Both the position numbers and the translations under genes were made by a program. Of a stretch of DNA of 64,000 nucleotides, positions 12,070 through 25,041 are shown piece after piece. Under the pieces are notes generated by a model that was given only the letters and a program-made list of their open reading frames with translations, did not search any database and had not been told where the DNA came from. The DNA comes from Nageia nagi (lineage: Eukaryota; Plantae; Pinophyta). The stretch lies in assembly GCA_050084985.1 (NCBI GenBank), contig JBITNC010000002.1, forward strand, positions 17,856,001-17,920,000, in the 5' to 3' direction. Numbering within the stretch: position 1 is the stretch's first letter; every line of letters begins with the position of its first letter.

Positions 12070-12903
12070 ATGGATATAGGGGTGCTCAAAACCAGTCTGG
12101 TGCAGAATTCTCTATTTTCCTATTTTAAGTTAAGGTTTAAGCCATTTTATTTTTTCTCCACAAACCCTAAATCTTACACTGTAAAACCCCCAATGCCAAA
12201 TTGGCCTAAAAATCTCACACCAAATAAAATTATCTACTACCTAGTCCGCATTCCCGACGTCAATTTGGCTTTTGAAATTTTCAACTACGCTACCAGATAC
12301 CATGTTGGCTATAAACACAATTACCAAACTTATTATAAGATGGTTCAAAGACTTGCAATGTCAAGAGAATTTGAAACCCTAGAAACTGTGCTACAACAAT
12401 TGAAAAAAGATGAGTACGTTGAATGCAGAGAAAATCTTTTTGTTTTTGTGATCAGAAGCTATGGTTTGGCGAAAAAACCCAAGCAGTCAATGAAAACCTT
12501 TTTTGGGATGAAGGAGTTTAGGGTTAGTTATTCTGCGAAATCCTTCAATGCCCTTCTTATTGCCATGGTTGAAAACAGGAAGTTTGGATTGTTGGATTCT
12601 CTTTATAGGAATTATGGGAAATTGGGGGTGGTTCCCAATGTAAGTACATTTAATATTGTTTTGGATGCCCTTTGTGAATTGGGAAATTTGGAGGATGCAT
12701 TCAAAGTGTTTAACCAAATGCTGAGTCTGGGAATTGTGCCCAATGGTGATAGTTATTGTGCGCTTATGCGATTGCATTGTGCTAGGGGTGATTTGAGCTC
12801 TGCGAGGAAATTCTTTGAAGAAGTTCTTAGCACAGGGTTGGTGCCGGATAGCATGTCATGTGCGATACTGATTGATGGGTATTCTAAGCAGGGTGAATTA
12901 CAG
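12070..12903 (+). CDS. P-class PPR protein (At5g16420-like, probably mitochondrial), exon 1
   Basis: KPPMPNWPKNLTP...LAFEIFNYA...GYKHNYQTY...CRENLFVFVIRSYGLA matches At5g16420 as I recall it; tandem 35-aa repeats; donor CAG|GTAGAG. Confidence 0.88.
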
Positions 12904-13161
12904 GTAGAGAAAATTATAAGAAAGGAACCGCTTTTCTTTAAAAACAAACTTGGGAGATTTTTATGAATGTGGCATTCTCGATCTCTTACATCTGATAACA
13001 AACAACTAATATAATTTGCAGATTTCATATACCAAAAGTTTATAAATTGTAAAAGAAAACTGATTGCTTACAAAATTTTTAAACTTTCCTATAATTTTGG
13101 AGAGGAATAGACTAAAAGTAAAATGGTTAATATTAGCCACTAAATTTTTTTCTCATTGCAG
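12904..13161 (+). other. 258-bp GT-AG intron in the PPR gene
   Basis: Splicing joins SKQGELQ|EAVKIMD in phase 0 and restores a PPR motif; AT-rich; ends TTTTTTTCTCATTGCAG. Confidence 0.88.
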
Positions 13162-13939
13162 GAGGCTGTGAAGATTATGGATGCGACAGAAAAAAATTGT
13201 TATCTTCGTACTGAAGACATTTATAGTGTAGTCATCGAGGCTTACTGTAAGAAAGGCAAGATTGGTGATGCCGTAAGCTTGTTGAGTGACATGGTGGAGA
13301 GAAGTTTGATGCCAGGTTCGCATGTTTGTCACAAAGTTATTGATGGTCTCTGTATAGATGGTAAAGTGGATGATGCCAATGGGCTGTGGAAGTGGTTACT
13401 GAAGAAAAATTGTACTCCCGATAATGCTATTTACAGTACAATTATTAATTGGTTCTGCAAGAGAGGCGATGTGCATGAGGCAAGGAAGTTGTTTGAAGAA
13501 TTGCAAAAGGATTGTATTCCTAGTGTTGTCACTTGCAACACAATAATTAATGGACTCTGTGAAAAAGGTGCGTTGCTGGAGGCCTGCAAAATCTGGGATG
13601 ATATGTTGGAAATCAGATGCATGCCGAATGTGCTTACATACAATAGTCTCCTAAATGGATTCTCTAAGGCAGGCAAAGTTACTGAAAGCATTCAAATACT
13701 GGAGGAGATGCTGGACGAGGGTTGTGTTCCAAATGCTCACACATGCCAATATATTGGTAGATGGATTTCGCAAGGTATCCAAAATGGAAGAAACCATGAA
13801 GGTTCTTGATCTAATGTTGAAGAAGAGAATGCCTCCTGATCTTAATGTGTGGAGTGTGTTTCTTAGAGGAGTGATTGACGGGAAGAGCCTCGAAAGAGTC
13901 ACTAAGTCTTTTGATGAATTGTTAAAGGCTTCTCAATAG
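13162..13939 (+). CDS. PPR exon 2, with a +1 frameshift at ~13747
   Basis: PPR repeats run to GCVPNAHTC, then continue in the next frame as NILVDGFRKVSKMEETMKVLDLML to the stop at 13939; as written the frame stops at 13809. Confidence 0.85.
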
Positions 13940-16102
13940 ATCGTTGTGACAACTTGCAAACAAGTCTACCGTTATGTCCCGGGTTACAGAGAGAAGAACC
14001 CATATCGTATGGTTGGTTGGTCTGCCATGAACACAGATGACAGGGGATTCCTTATGTTTAACAATTGCGAAGTCAAATTCTGAAATTAGCACGGTGTTTA
14101 TTCTAATAGCTTAGACAGATATGTTATTGAGTTGCCCATTGAACAACCAACATAATTTGCACCAATGTTCAGAGGCAACACAAAGTTGTATGATTTACAA
14201 GAAGAAAAGAGAGAAAAATCACTAACAAACATGCTCTGGTTGTTATCTACTTCCAATTCGTTCGAAGCATAGAAGATACAATTGTGACACCCAAATATGG
14301 TTTTTAAGTCAAAATACTTTGTTTATATTTTCCACGAGTAAGGAGATATCCTTTTAACATGCATTACTTGAATTGTTCCTTGAAATAGAATCTTATTTAA
14401 TATTTTTCTCTGTGCACCATTCCTTAGAGACATACTCCTTGCTAAATATCTTTCTAGTTTGTTTTAACAAATTGTGGATTTGAGCGTCGTCTCAATTTAT
14501 GAATGTTTTATGTGACATCATTTGTCCAGGACCATGAACAGTATTTTTACATGAAGCTCGCTGGATTCTGGAATCATGCATCATACATTACATTGTAGAG
14601 AACAATAAAGCTAACATCTGTTTAATAGACCTCTTTAAACAACCATTGTGCAATCTATCATTTTCACTTCTTCTTCTCCTTGCAAGAAATCGTTCTGTTT
14701 AAAAATGGTCGAGAAACAAATATTTCACATAAATACTTTGCATAAGCCCTCCAAGCCGAAGGTCTAGAAATAATATGTCAAAATTGAATATTAAAATCCT
14801 CAAACAATCTCCTAGGTGTCCTTTGTGTACCTACTAACTGCAATTACTAATTTTTCATGTGAAATATCTTGTCTGCTACTTGTGTTTATTTCAATTAGTT
14901 GAGAGAAAAACATACAGGATTCATTTCGTGTGTCTACTCGGTTAGTCCTGCCCATCCCTCTATTAATAAACACATAAATTACCTGTTTGACCTATTTAAC
15001 AGAATATAATTAACCTAGAGTCATGTGCACCACATTTTGGCTACATCATAACTCCAATGTAGACCATAACATTATGGACCCAAATAAAGGACACTTATCA
15101 CCTTTTGTACATACTTTTTCATCCACTTAGAATGCAGCATCCTCTCTTGCCTCCTCCAATGTCTGCAATTCATGATCTAGCTCAGCAATCTTCTTTTGGA
15201 GAACACCATTGTCAATGTTGGATCCAACTAATGCTTTTTGATGTTCAGTGATGAACGAAGATCCCATTCCTTTTTTTTTCAAATGATTTTTTCAGTATTT
15301 TGTAAAAACATTGAACTGATAGCTTAATAGCTGCTCTAGGCTACAACAACTCCATTTTCTCTACAAGTCAAGGAATCAGTTCCATATTTGAGTAGGGAAA
15401 ACTAGCCGGTAATTGAGCAGGGTGCATAATTGCGATGGCAGTTGAAACTTGAGGCATTGGGACCAAATATTCAAACTCTTCTAGGAGCTTAAGCATGATA
15501 GGAGGTTGATTTTACATTCCGATAGACAAAACAACTTCTACACATTTGATTATGCGCTCATACTGTGATCCTTGAGCCAATTCTTTGTTTTCTAGACTGC
15601 TTGAACCACCTTTGACTGTCTTCATGCAGTTATTTCAATTTCAGAACATCAATGTGCATGCCATGGTAACAATTATTTTACAACTTCCTCTCAGCAACTG
15701 ATAGAGAGCCACGGTTGCCTTGCCTGTTCCTGCATCTGTTTCACCATCCAAGCACTAAATGGGCCTTTTGATGATAGTACTAACTGTGTCAATCCCTCCG
15801 TTTTCACACGTTCTCTGCAACTAGTATTCTTGGCAAGTTCCATGAGCTTCAGACTTTTGATAGTGCTGTTGCTTCTTGTGTCTTAGGGCTGTCAGAATGT
15901 TATCGTATGCCACTTTGTGTTTCGTAAGTGAAGTGATACGAATGTAATCCATGTAAGTCAGGACTCTTGTGTGCTCTGTAATTCAATGTGATGGCTAGGC
16001 CTGGTGAGTTATACCATTTTTACCTTTTTATTGTTTTTCATTTTGTTTCCATCTGGAGGTTGAAGAAGCATACCCAACTTCATAGCAAGCTCTGTCTAGG
16101 AT

Positions 16103-16350
16103 AAGAGGTCTCAAGTGTTTTAAGGAACTTTTATCTTTGTTACTTTTAGTCTTGTAGGCTTCTAATAGTGATGGTCTTGCCTTTTATGCCACTTGAAGTC
16201 TCATTTTTTACATAAAACTGAATTTTTGAAGATGTTTGTAGGGGAAAAGAGGTCTCAAGAGTGTGGGGATATTGTATCTTTGTTATTCTTAGTTCTGTAG
16301 GTTTTTAGTAGTGATGTTTTTCCCTTCAATGCCTCTTGAAGTGGTATTTT
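16103..16350. repeat. Diverged direct duplication (~105-bp unit, period ~144)
   Basis: AAGAGGTCTCAAG...TATCTTTGTTA...TGTAGG...TAGTGATG...CTTGAAGT at ~16103 and ~16247. Confidence 0.75.
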
Positions 16351-17205
16351 TTTTGTTTAATAGCAAGAATAACAAGGACTGTTGCAGGAAATTGTGTTTC
16401 ATACTTCATAGAAAGGACAAAATAATGACATAGATTGCATGGCATAACTTCCCTTGACATTTCGTTGTTATTGGACTCTTAACTTCTATGAATGATAGTA
16501 CATTCAACTTGGATTGGACTTACCTATGCTATCTTTGTTTTCTAATGAATTTAAAATATCCTACAACATTTTGACCTTTTATTTCCACAAATGTTTTTGA
16601 TGCTTCAGAAGAATCTTGGTTATGTTAATTCACGACTTGTCTTATGCTTTCTATTGTCAGGTAGGTGATGAATGACTGTACATCCAAATTATTACTACAA
16701 ATCCATGGCAATTTTGAGAAACCTCACAGCTTGACAGACAAACTGTGCTCATGTACATCACTGGTAGATGCCTCCAATTTAAGATTGTGGTAAGGATAAC
16801 ACTGGCGACAGTAGAAAGTGGGTTTCTTTAAAATAGACTTTTGAGATTGTCTTATGCAAGATCGTGACTTGAATTTCCTCTACATGTGATGAATTATAGC
16901 AGGAGGCCCAGGAACAGAAGAATATATAAACTATCCACAAAAAGAAGCAAAAGGCGAGGAAGTCGTTCAATGGAGTTTGAATGTCATGCTGAAGCTCAGA
17001 ATGCCAAAGAAAGGTACTTTGGGCTTTAATGAATTAAAGACATGATCTACAAGCTTGGTCAAAGGGTCAGAAAGTACAGAATTTGAACAAAAAAGGAAAG
17101 AGAAAATTTCTTTTTCTTTTTCTCACAAAAGGGTTCTTAGGCTGGGACCTGCAGTATGTCCTTTGCCTTTACCAAGGGAAGGAAAAGAAGATCAAGGAGC
17201 TCCAT

Positions 17206-17587
17206 AGAGGAAGATTTCAAAGACATTTAAAGATGGTTTGTGCTTATAGAAGTAAGGAAAAATTAATAGATATGGGGTAAGGATGGAAAGGATAACCTGT
17301 CCAGTGCACTCGAAGAGCTGGGATGGCAGTATGCAGAATTGTAGATTATGCATATGTCATCATTAAGGAATTACAATCAGGGCAACTAAGGTTTTGAGAG
17401 GAAGATTTCAAAGACATTTAAAGATGGTTTGTGCTTATAGAAGTAAGGAAAAATTAATAGATATGGGGTAAGGATGGAAAGGATAACCTGTCCAGTGCAC
17501 TCGAAGAGCTGGGATGGCAGTATGCAGAATTGTAGATTATGCATATGTCATCATTAAGGAATTACAATCAGGGCAACTAAGGTTTTG
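17206..17587. repeat. Perfect 191-bp tandem duplication
   Basis: 17206-17396 equals 17397-17587 by eye; AG microhomology at the junction. Confidence 0.93.
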
Positions 17588-18999
17588 AGGTGGTCACAAG
17601 ATAACAAGCAAGCATCTAGTCATGCTAAAGATACTACTTCCATTGTATTAGCCACTTACGCAACCATGTGAAATTGGCCAGATTATTAGTTTGATAGCAT
17701 CCGAGTTTCATCTTTATCTAGTGCAAATAATGCAGCATCTAAGAAGCAACAACTGGGCAAGCAGACACAAAGCACAGATCACATAAAATTGTAGCTAGAG
17801 CTTCGTTTACTTAAAAATGCATACACATTCTTTGAGATGTGAAGCGATTCAGAAAGTTTCTGAATATGAATTTGAGATAAGAAAGCATTTTGAGTGGCAG
17901 ATGAATAGCTGTAACGATTTCTACGTTCTCAGTTTTATTGATGTTGTTGGCAGCGATGATCAGGATCTAGCAGACAACATCTTTGGTCTGTAGCTGTTGT
18001 CTGCCTTGGAAGGAATTGAATATGTTTTGAGCCAGATGCTAACCAATGCACTTACAAACTATGTGTTAGTCCCCAGCTGTAGTTGTGTTCTTACTGGCTT
18101 GAAAATTGAGTCTCTACAAGCAAGTAAAGACTAAACTGGAGTTTTATCTTGAGGCAAATGTCGGGCTGAAAAGAGGGCACTTTATTTGAAATGAGTAGGG
18201 AAACAAGTATAGGCTTTAATAGCTTGGAAGGAAGCTTCAATTCTTTTCTGCTTCCAATCTTGCATTTGGATATCAACAACAAATTATGCTTATGGTTGTA
18301 CAACAAGTTATAAATGGCAGAAAAAATCTCTATATTATATGCGCTTGTCAACCAATTGTTTCTTATGCTGGTCTGCAATCTGCACATTGTGGATACAATT
18401 TCATAAAGCACTAAGCATTCTAACATCCTCACAATATTAATTGGCATTTCCTTGCATCTATAGTAATCAGGTAGGATTCAAAAATATGAACTACCTCAGT
18501 GAAATTGGTAATTCCTACACGTGCAATTATCAACTCTCATCATTGTAGTACAATGTTTCAGTAAATGAAAAACGTTAAAAATGGAGAGTTTTTAACAAAA
18601 ACTCAGCAATATTATCTGACTCGGCCAAATCACAACATTGCAAGTGAAGAGTGAGTTACTTGACCAAGTTAACCAATGAGTGCTTGCTGAATTTGATGAC
18701 TACTGTGCTTAGATTTATGCTCTTAACAAGTCAAGGATTTATGCAGAGAGCCGTAGTCTTAACTTGTTGGGTTCTTGCTGCATTCTTCATAGTAATTGCA
18801 GCATTGACCTTTTGATTTATCTCTAAATTGTCACTTAAAAATTTAAAATAACTGATACAATGCACTTTCTGTTCAACTTTGCCATGAGACTGCTCAATGA
18901 CGCATAACTTTGGAGTTCCAGGCTTCTTTTGTTTTTAATGAAAAAGCGTGAAAGAAGCATATCGCTTTAGAAAAAGAAATGTAATAAGCATTTTAAAAA

Positions 19000-21900
19000 A
19001 AAAAATGGTTCGATAGAAAATTGCAGTGCATAATCTATAGAAGACAGAGCCATTAACAAAAGCGGACAAGGACAAACTACTCAAAGCAGTTATATCATGA
19101 ACTATTTAGGTAGCAAGTGCTATGGAGCCAGGTGGTGAGTGGTGATGGAGGGTCATGGTCCGAGGAGCCTCCCTTGCCAGACGGTAGATCTTGTGCATGT
19201 AGTAGTGGTGCATGTAGTAGTGACTCCCTTGTCAGAAGGTAGATCTTGCGTATGTAGTAGTGACTCCTGACTCCTATCTTGAGTTGGCACCTTCATCAAC
19301 TTGCTTAGCAACATGATCAACCTCCTCAAAGAGAGTAAGGGTGAGGTCTTATGCGGGGGCTATAGGATCTATTTTCATGAAGCAGGAGGTTTCATGAAAC
19401 AAAATAATTTATGCTACAGGAGTAATTAGAAGCTTCTCCTTAAAGATAGCAGCGGCTATTTTTCAGGGTTGCATATTTAAGCCAGTGAAAAAAGGGTGGG
19501 ACTGGAAATTGCCCCAACTGTTTAGGAAATTTTTAGGAAAGTTTAATGCCACTTGTCAATCATTTGGCAGATTTTGGCCTAAATAAAATGTAGGGAAGAA
19601 TCACAAAGGGAAAATATTCCTTATATTTTGGAGCTTAAATTTTTAAGCTGAAATGCACACTTAATTCATGAGACCATTTGCTTAAAAATATTTTTAAAAA
19701 TTCTCAACAACACCCTCTTCTATTTTTTAGGAAACCCCCCTCCATGAAACCCTACCCTAAGAGTCATTGTTGTGCCGTTTTACTAGTTAACCACCCTTGA
19801 GCTCCCTATCATAGGGTTGAGAGGGATGAGGTGGTGATTGGGTCCAAAACTCATCTTTGCATTGGGCGTTATTGGGAGGAGCTTATGAAGCTTGGCTATG
19901 GTGATGTTTGTGCCCTTTCAACTAGCTCTTACGTAAGGGAGAGGGTGGTGGGACACAAGCCACCATGCGTAGATTGTTAACCTCCAAATTTGTTGACCTA
20001 CACTTGGAACTACAAGAGCACATTTGAACAAATTTTACTTTTAGCAATTAAAGATATACATGTATCAACAAATCCTATCGAAAAAATAGCTTCATTTTGT
20101 CTTTTTCAGATATCAAATAAATTCTTTGCTTTGAAAGTGTAACAAAGTTGGGTATATTTGGCTGCCAATTACCCAACAGAATCATGTGATAGTAGACAAA
20201 CTAAAGTCTAAAAGGCCTAAGAAAATCATGGATCCATTTCCATGCATTTTCAGATCTAGGATAAAACTAAAAGAGATGTATGATCTTTTCACATTGACCA
20301 CAAAATGGCATCAAGGGTTGATGACCCCTAAATGAGTTGGTCAATTACCAAGGTGGAAACCTTGATAGAGGATACACCAAGCAAAATGGGAAATCTTGGG
20401 TTCCACAATGGTAGACCATTTAATTTGAAATTTGTGTTGCCAATTTTTGGTGGCAAACTATAGCCTCCATTTGTCAGAGTTTTCACACCATCATTAAGTG
20501 GGGCAATAGCCATTTCATATCCGTTGTTGGGTTTGTATTGATAAAATGAGGTGTTAGGGAACCATTTTTAGTTTGTATTGAATGTCCATAATTAAATTTG
20601 TTCTCCTTTCAAATTAGTTAGGGTCTAATAGTTTCTTACAGTACTTTCCAAATAGTTTTGGCCATAAAGGTGCCCTAGATTTGAATAAGTACATTTAGAA
20701 TAATAAGGAGTGGAGGCCAATTCCTTTATAGGCCTGTTGGCCATATGGAGTGTCTGAAGCAAAAAAGTGTTGAAGTAAAACTTTCCAAGCTTTATTTCCT
20801 TTTAAGGTTTGAATGATCCATTTTGTATAAAGGGCAAGCCCTTGGTGACGGATGTTCAAGAGTCAAAGTCCTATAGAGTCATGTGGGATACAACAAAATT
20901 CCCATGTGACATAGTGAAAGCTTTTTCCTTGCTAGAGGAATCCCATAACAAGTTTGAGAAGTTTTTCAAGCTTATGATAGGAAGCCTTGAAGGGAGTGTA
21001 ACAAGAGGATTAATATGCATGGGTTGTAACAAGCACCTTGGAGTAAAGTTGGAATTTGCTTGCTAAGGACAACAATTTTGATACCCATTATTGTAACTTC
21101 TTCTCAACTCTTATAATTATAAATTGTCAGAAAATAGAAGAAGATTGAAAGGTAAAGGGGATTATAAGAAACCTGAACATTTCACCATGGTCAATCCCTT
21201 TCCAACCAAACTCATTAAGACAAAAATGCTATGGGAGTAAGGATTGACAATAACATTATGCCTTTTGCAATTGGAAGTTGGAGCTAGAACATAAGCAGAA
21301 AGTGTCCAAGCATTGTAATGCTTGTTTGACAATGTTTTCTTCCTTTATCAAAGTGAAGGAGTCATCTACAAATTGACTATTGAGTAGTATTGGGAAGAGA
21401 GATACCTTAACCTAATCTTGAGATATAGCATGGGCAAGTAAATACCCAAAACCCTTAACAACCAACATAGAAAGTGTTGGAGCAAATAGAAAACCTTGTC
21501 ACATAGACCGAAAAAGTTCAAACAAGGAGTTTTTCCTATTAATGGTTAAGCAAGAAAAATCATCTACAAAAATCTTGATAGAGTGGATGAAGGTTGGCCT
21601 AAAGCTTGCAACATTGCAATGATAAAAGACCACTTGATATGTTCATAAGATTTGACAAAGTTAATTTCAATTAATAAGGATTTTTGATGAGAGGTTTGTG
21701 TTGGAAATTGACCTGACTTAACTTGCCATTTTTTCTTGACTTCATCAACATTTTCCTATGCTAGTTGATTTTGATAAAATGCAAACAAACTAATGAATTG
21801 TAGGTGTGTTTAAGGTGAAATCCAAACTCATTAATGAAACACTAACATGTTCCCAAAATGCTAGTGTGTTCCTAAAACATTGGTGCATTCCAAAATGCTG

Positions 21901-24150
21901 GTGCGTTTTATTAGATTTGACCTTTTGATGTCTTAGGCATTACATTTGGCTTCATTTTTGTAATTATAGGTTTAGGATGTTTGTTTCACATTTTGGATTG
22001 ATTCATCTTCATCAAGATTGTACATAATGTGTAGGTTCATCCTTGTTTGGGTTGATTTTCATTCTAGATTGGGTTGAGATAATAGAGTGTGTGTGTGTGT
22101 TGTGTTGTGGAGTCTTGTTGATGAGAGTTGCAAGTCATTTGTATCACGAATGGATCTATGAATATATTATTGTATTGCAATCTTTAGACTATTGTTCTAA
22201 TTTTGTATTGCATTGTATTTGTTCCATATTGGAATATATTGAAACTATATATGCTATTAGGTTTGGCTCTATTGATGAATGTGTTAATGTTGTTTTGGAT
22301 TGTTGTAACAATCTTATTAAGATTGTTGTTATTGTGGATTTGATCCAATTCCTATTTAGATGGTTGTGGATTGAGTTTTTCTTATTGGAATGTTCAAATT
22401 CTACAATTTGTGCCCATTCCATACCTTCCTCGACAACAATTATGCTACCTAGAATATATCTTCTTTTGATGAATCTTGTTTGTTCAAGACCAACTGTTAA
22501 TAAGGTGTTAAAGCCTTAGTAATGATTTTATAATAAATGTTCAACAAGGTAATAGACCTCCAATTGTTAATTTCCCTTAGAACATCAAATTTAGGTATGA
22601 ATTTAACATTGCCCTTATAAATAAGATCACCTAACATAGGGAAAACTTCTAAATAAATCTTGACCAATAGTGTCGCATGAAGATTTGTAAAACTCATAGG
22701 GGAAGCCAACACAACTAAGAGATTTATAATTGGCCATGGAGAAAATTGCTTCTATTGATTCATCTATAGTGAGAATTTGGTCACATGCGGCTTGATATGA
22801 AGTAGAAATCCTATAAGGGACCACACATGCACATTGTTCTATAGTAAGATTTTTCTCAGGTGGATGAGTTTAGGCCTTGAAAACTTATTGATAATGTCAA
22901 ACAAAAGCTTACAAGTTATCGAGGATTTTTGATAAAATATGTTGATCTTCCATTATGCTTTTGATCTTTTGGGAGACTTGAGAGGCTCACATTGGTTGAA
23001 ATAATTCTTTGAAAACTTGATCTTTGACCTTAAGCCAATGAAGGAGGGCCTTGATTTGATCTCCTCAAGCTATGCAATAGTCAACAATTTTTTTTAATGA
23101 AGCTTGGCTACTTGTAGTTGGAAGATGTTCAAGAGCGGTGTTGCCTCTAGCTTAGTTGCAACTTAGTTTAGCTCCAAAGTGGTAACCTCATAGGAGTGGT
23201 TGTAAAAAAGCCCTAGTTGGTGGCCATAGATGTGAAGGAAATGTGAAGTTCATTTAATCACATTATTCCACATTAGGTTTACCCAATCTTGTTACAAAGG
23301 CGAGGCTCAAGATTCTAGTTGTGTGGGATGTGAGATAGCATGGGTGCATGTGCCAACAATAATGTGTTTAGGAAAAAAAAATATCTTTCCTTTTTGGAAA
23401 TGTTATTTATCCATTCAATGTGAAAGAGAATGTGAAAGTGGTTAGAAAGGACAATATCTAACATGGGCTCCACATGTAAAGAGAATCAATTAGAGTTGAA
23501 AATGGGTTAACCTGTCAGCATGGTTCTGTCAAGTCATTTGAGTGTTCTTTCCATGGTAGACCACATTTTATTCCATGTGTACCAAATGGAATTAGAATGA
23601 TGATAACAAGTATTGGGTTTAAAAAATGTCCAACTTGTGAACTCGCGTAGTACCATGCAACCTTTTTGCTAGTCGTCCAATGTATTAGGAGGTTATCACA
23701 TTTGTTTGGCACACATTCAATCATGTTAAAATCTCCACACAATACCCACGTTATAGTAGGCAATGCATCTTCCATTCAATGCTAAAAGTGAGATCATTGG
23801 GCAACATCATTAGAGGAAAAAACATTAATAACCTTAAATGAATGATTATTAATATTAAAATCAACCATAAGTCCTAGGAAGTGGGGTCACATCCATGATC
23901 AATTAAATGTGACAATCACTTAAAGGAGATGAGGGTGGTAACTTTCCCACATCCTAGATTGTAATCACTATGGAAGAAAAAATTCAGCTAGCCATATGGC
24001 ACAATAGGTTATAGAGAAAAAAAAAAAAACGTGAGATTTTAATTCTTGTAAGTAAATAATATCATGATTGGGATAACTATGACAAGTTTCCTACATGACA
24101 TACATTCTTTTTTAGTCTACCATACACCTAAAATTCCATGAAATAAAATT
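19000..24150 (-). mobile_element. Decayed L1-type LINE, second family, interrupted by a MITE and a ~0.8-kb insert
   Basis: WVLCGDFNMIE endonuclease (23515-23775); NWRSITLLNIYYKIITKAL (~22510-22565); QGFLFAPTL...NSQFVDDSF RT (~21360-21500); 3' region homologous to the 58560-60990 copy. Confidence 0.82.
19339..19757. mobile_element. Tourist/PIF-Harbinger-like MITE (419 bp)
   Basis: TAA at 19336-19338 and 19758-19760; TIRs GGGTGAGGTCTTATG vs (rc) GGGTAGGGTTTCATG, all mismatches transitions; AT-rich interior inside GC-richer LINE 3' region. Confidence 0.7.
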
Positions 24151-24528
24151 TATAATAATAGCTCGATGACTTGGGATAATAATAGCTTGTTGAGTATTTT
24201 GATGATAGTGAGGCATTTGGGAATATTGAGTATTGAGTTTCTATCATTCCATGTGGGGAATCTCCTTGGAGCTACAATAGGAAGAGGATTTGGTAGAGGA
24301 CTCTCCATAGGAGTTGCTTAATAATGTTGGAATGTATAATTATTGTAAAGGTTTGTACTAATCCTCTTTGTAAATCTTTGTAAATTCACTAATACTTAAG
24401 GGTATCATTAGCTACCTTAGGCATTTAAGTGAATGTGATAATGTAACTTGTCCTTCACTCCATGTCATGAGCATGCCCCTTTGGTAAAAAAGTGTTGCAT
24501 GTCATGCCTTTGTACATTAGGTAAAAGG

Positions 24529-25027
24529 TGTTGGAATGTATAATGTATTATTCTAAAGGTTTGTATTAATCTTCTTTGTAAATTCACTAATACTTGAGGG
24601 TATCATTAGATACTTTAAGTATTTAAGTGAACATGATAATGTAACTTATCCCACACTCCATGTCATGAGCATACCCCTTAGGTAAAAGAATGTGCATGTC
24701 ATGCTTTTGTACATTGCGTAAAAAGGTGATCCAAAGAGGGATTTTGACCTATAAATAGAAGGCTCCCTCTTTGGATCGAACACCAATTATGGAGTAAAGT
24801 TATGCTATAGGATAGTGCTTAGGAGTTTAGATTAGGAGGATTGTAAGAGAGTTGTAGTTGTGATTGAATTAAAGATCTAGTTAGTGGATGTACTCCTAGT
24901 TGGAGGAACCACTTACATCTTGTGTTATCTTTGTGAGATTGATTTGTGAGTTTGTTAGATATGTATTATGAGCTTTCATGTGATCTTGGGAGTTTAGAGT
25001 TGTTTAGTTTAGACTTAAAATCTCTTA
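24529..25027 (+). repeat. E2 5' LTR
   Basis: TGTTGG...TCTCTTA; about 90% identical by eye to 31593-32091. Confidence 0.93.
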
Positions 25028-25029
25028 TT

Positions 25030-25041
25030 TGGTATCAGAGC
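25030..25041 (+). other. E2 primer-binding site (tRNA-iMet)
   Basis: TGGTATCAGAGC, 2 nt after the LTR. Confidence 0.95.

Noticed and set aside
12904-12966. C-terminus VEKIIRKEPLFF... of the 298-aa ORF
   Set aside because: Intron read-through; PPR homology resumes at 13162.
12487-13902. Minus-strand ORFs overlapping the PPR gene
   Set aside because: Antisense shadows of the coding strand with no recognisable domains.
18520-18710. Small hAT-type MITE with ACTCGG/GAGT motifs
   Set aside because: Could not define matching TIRs or an 8-bp TSD.
22043-22519. 158-aa hydrophobic ORF as a membrane protein
   Set aside because: Low-complexity T/G-rich filler that includes a (TG)n tract; non-ATG start.
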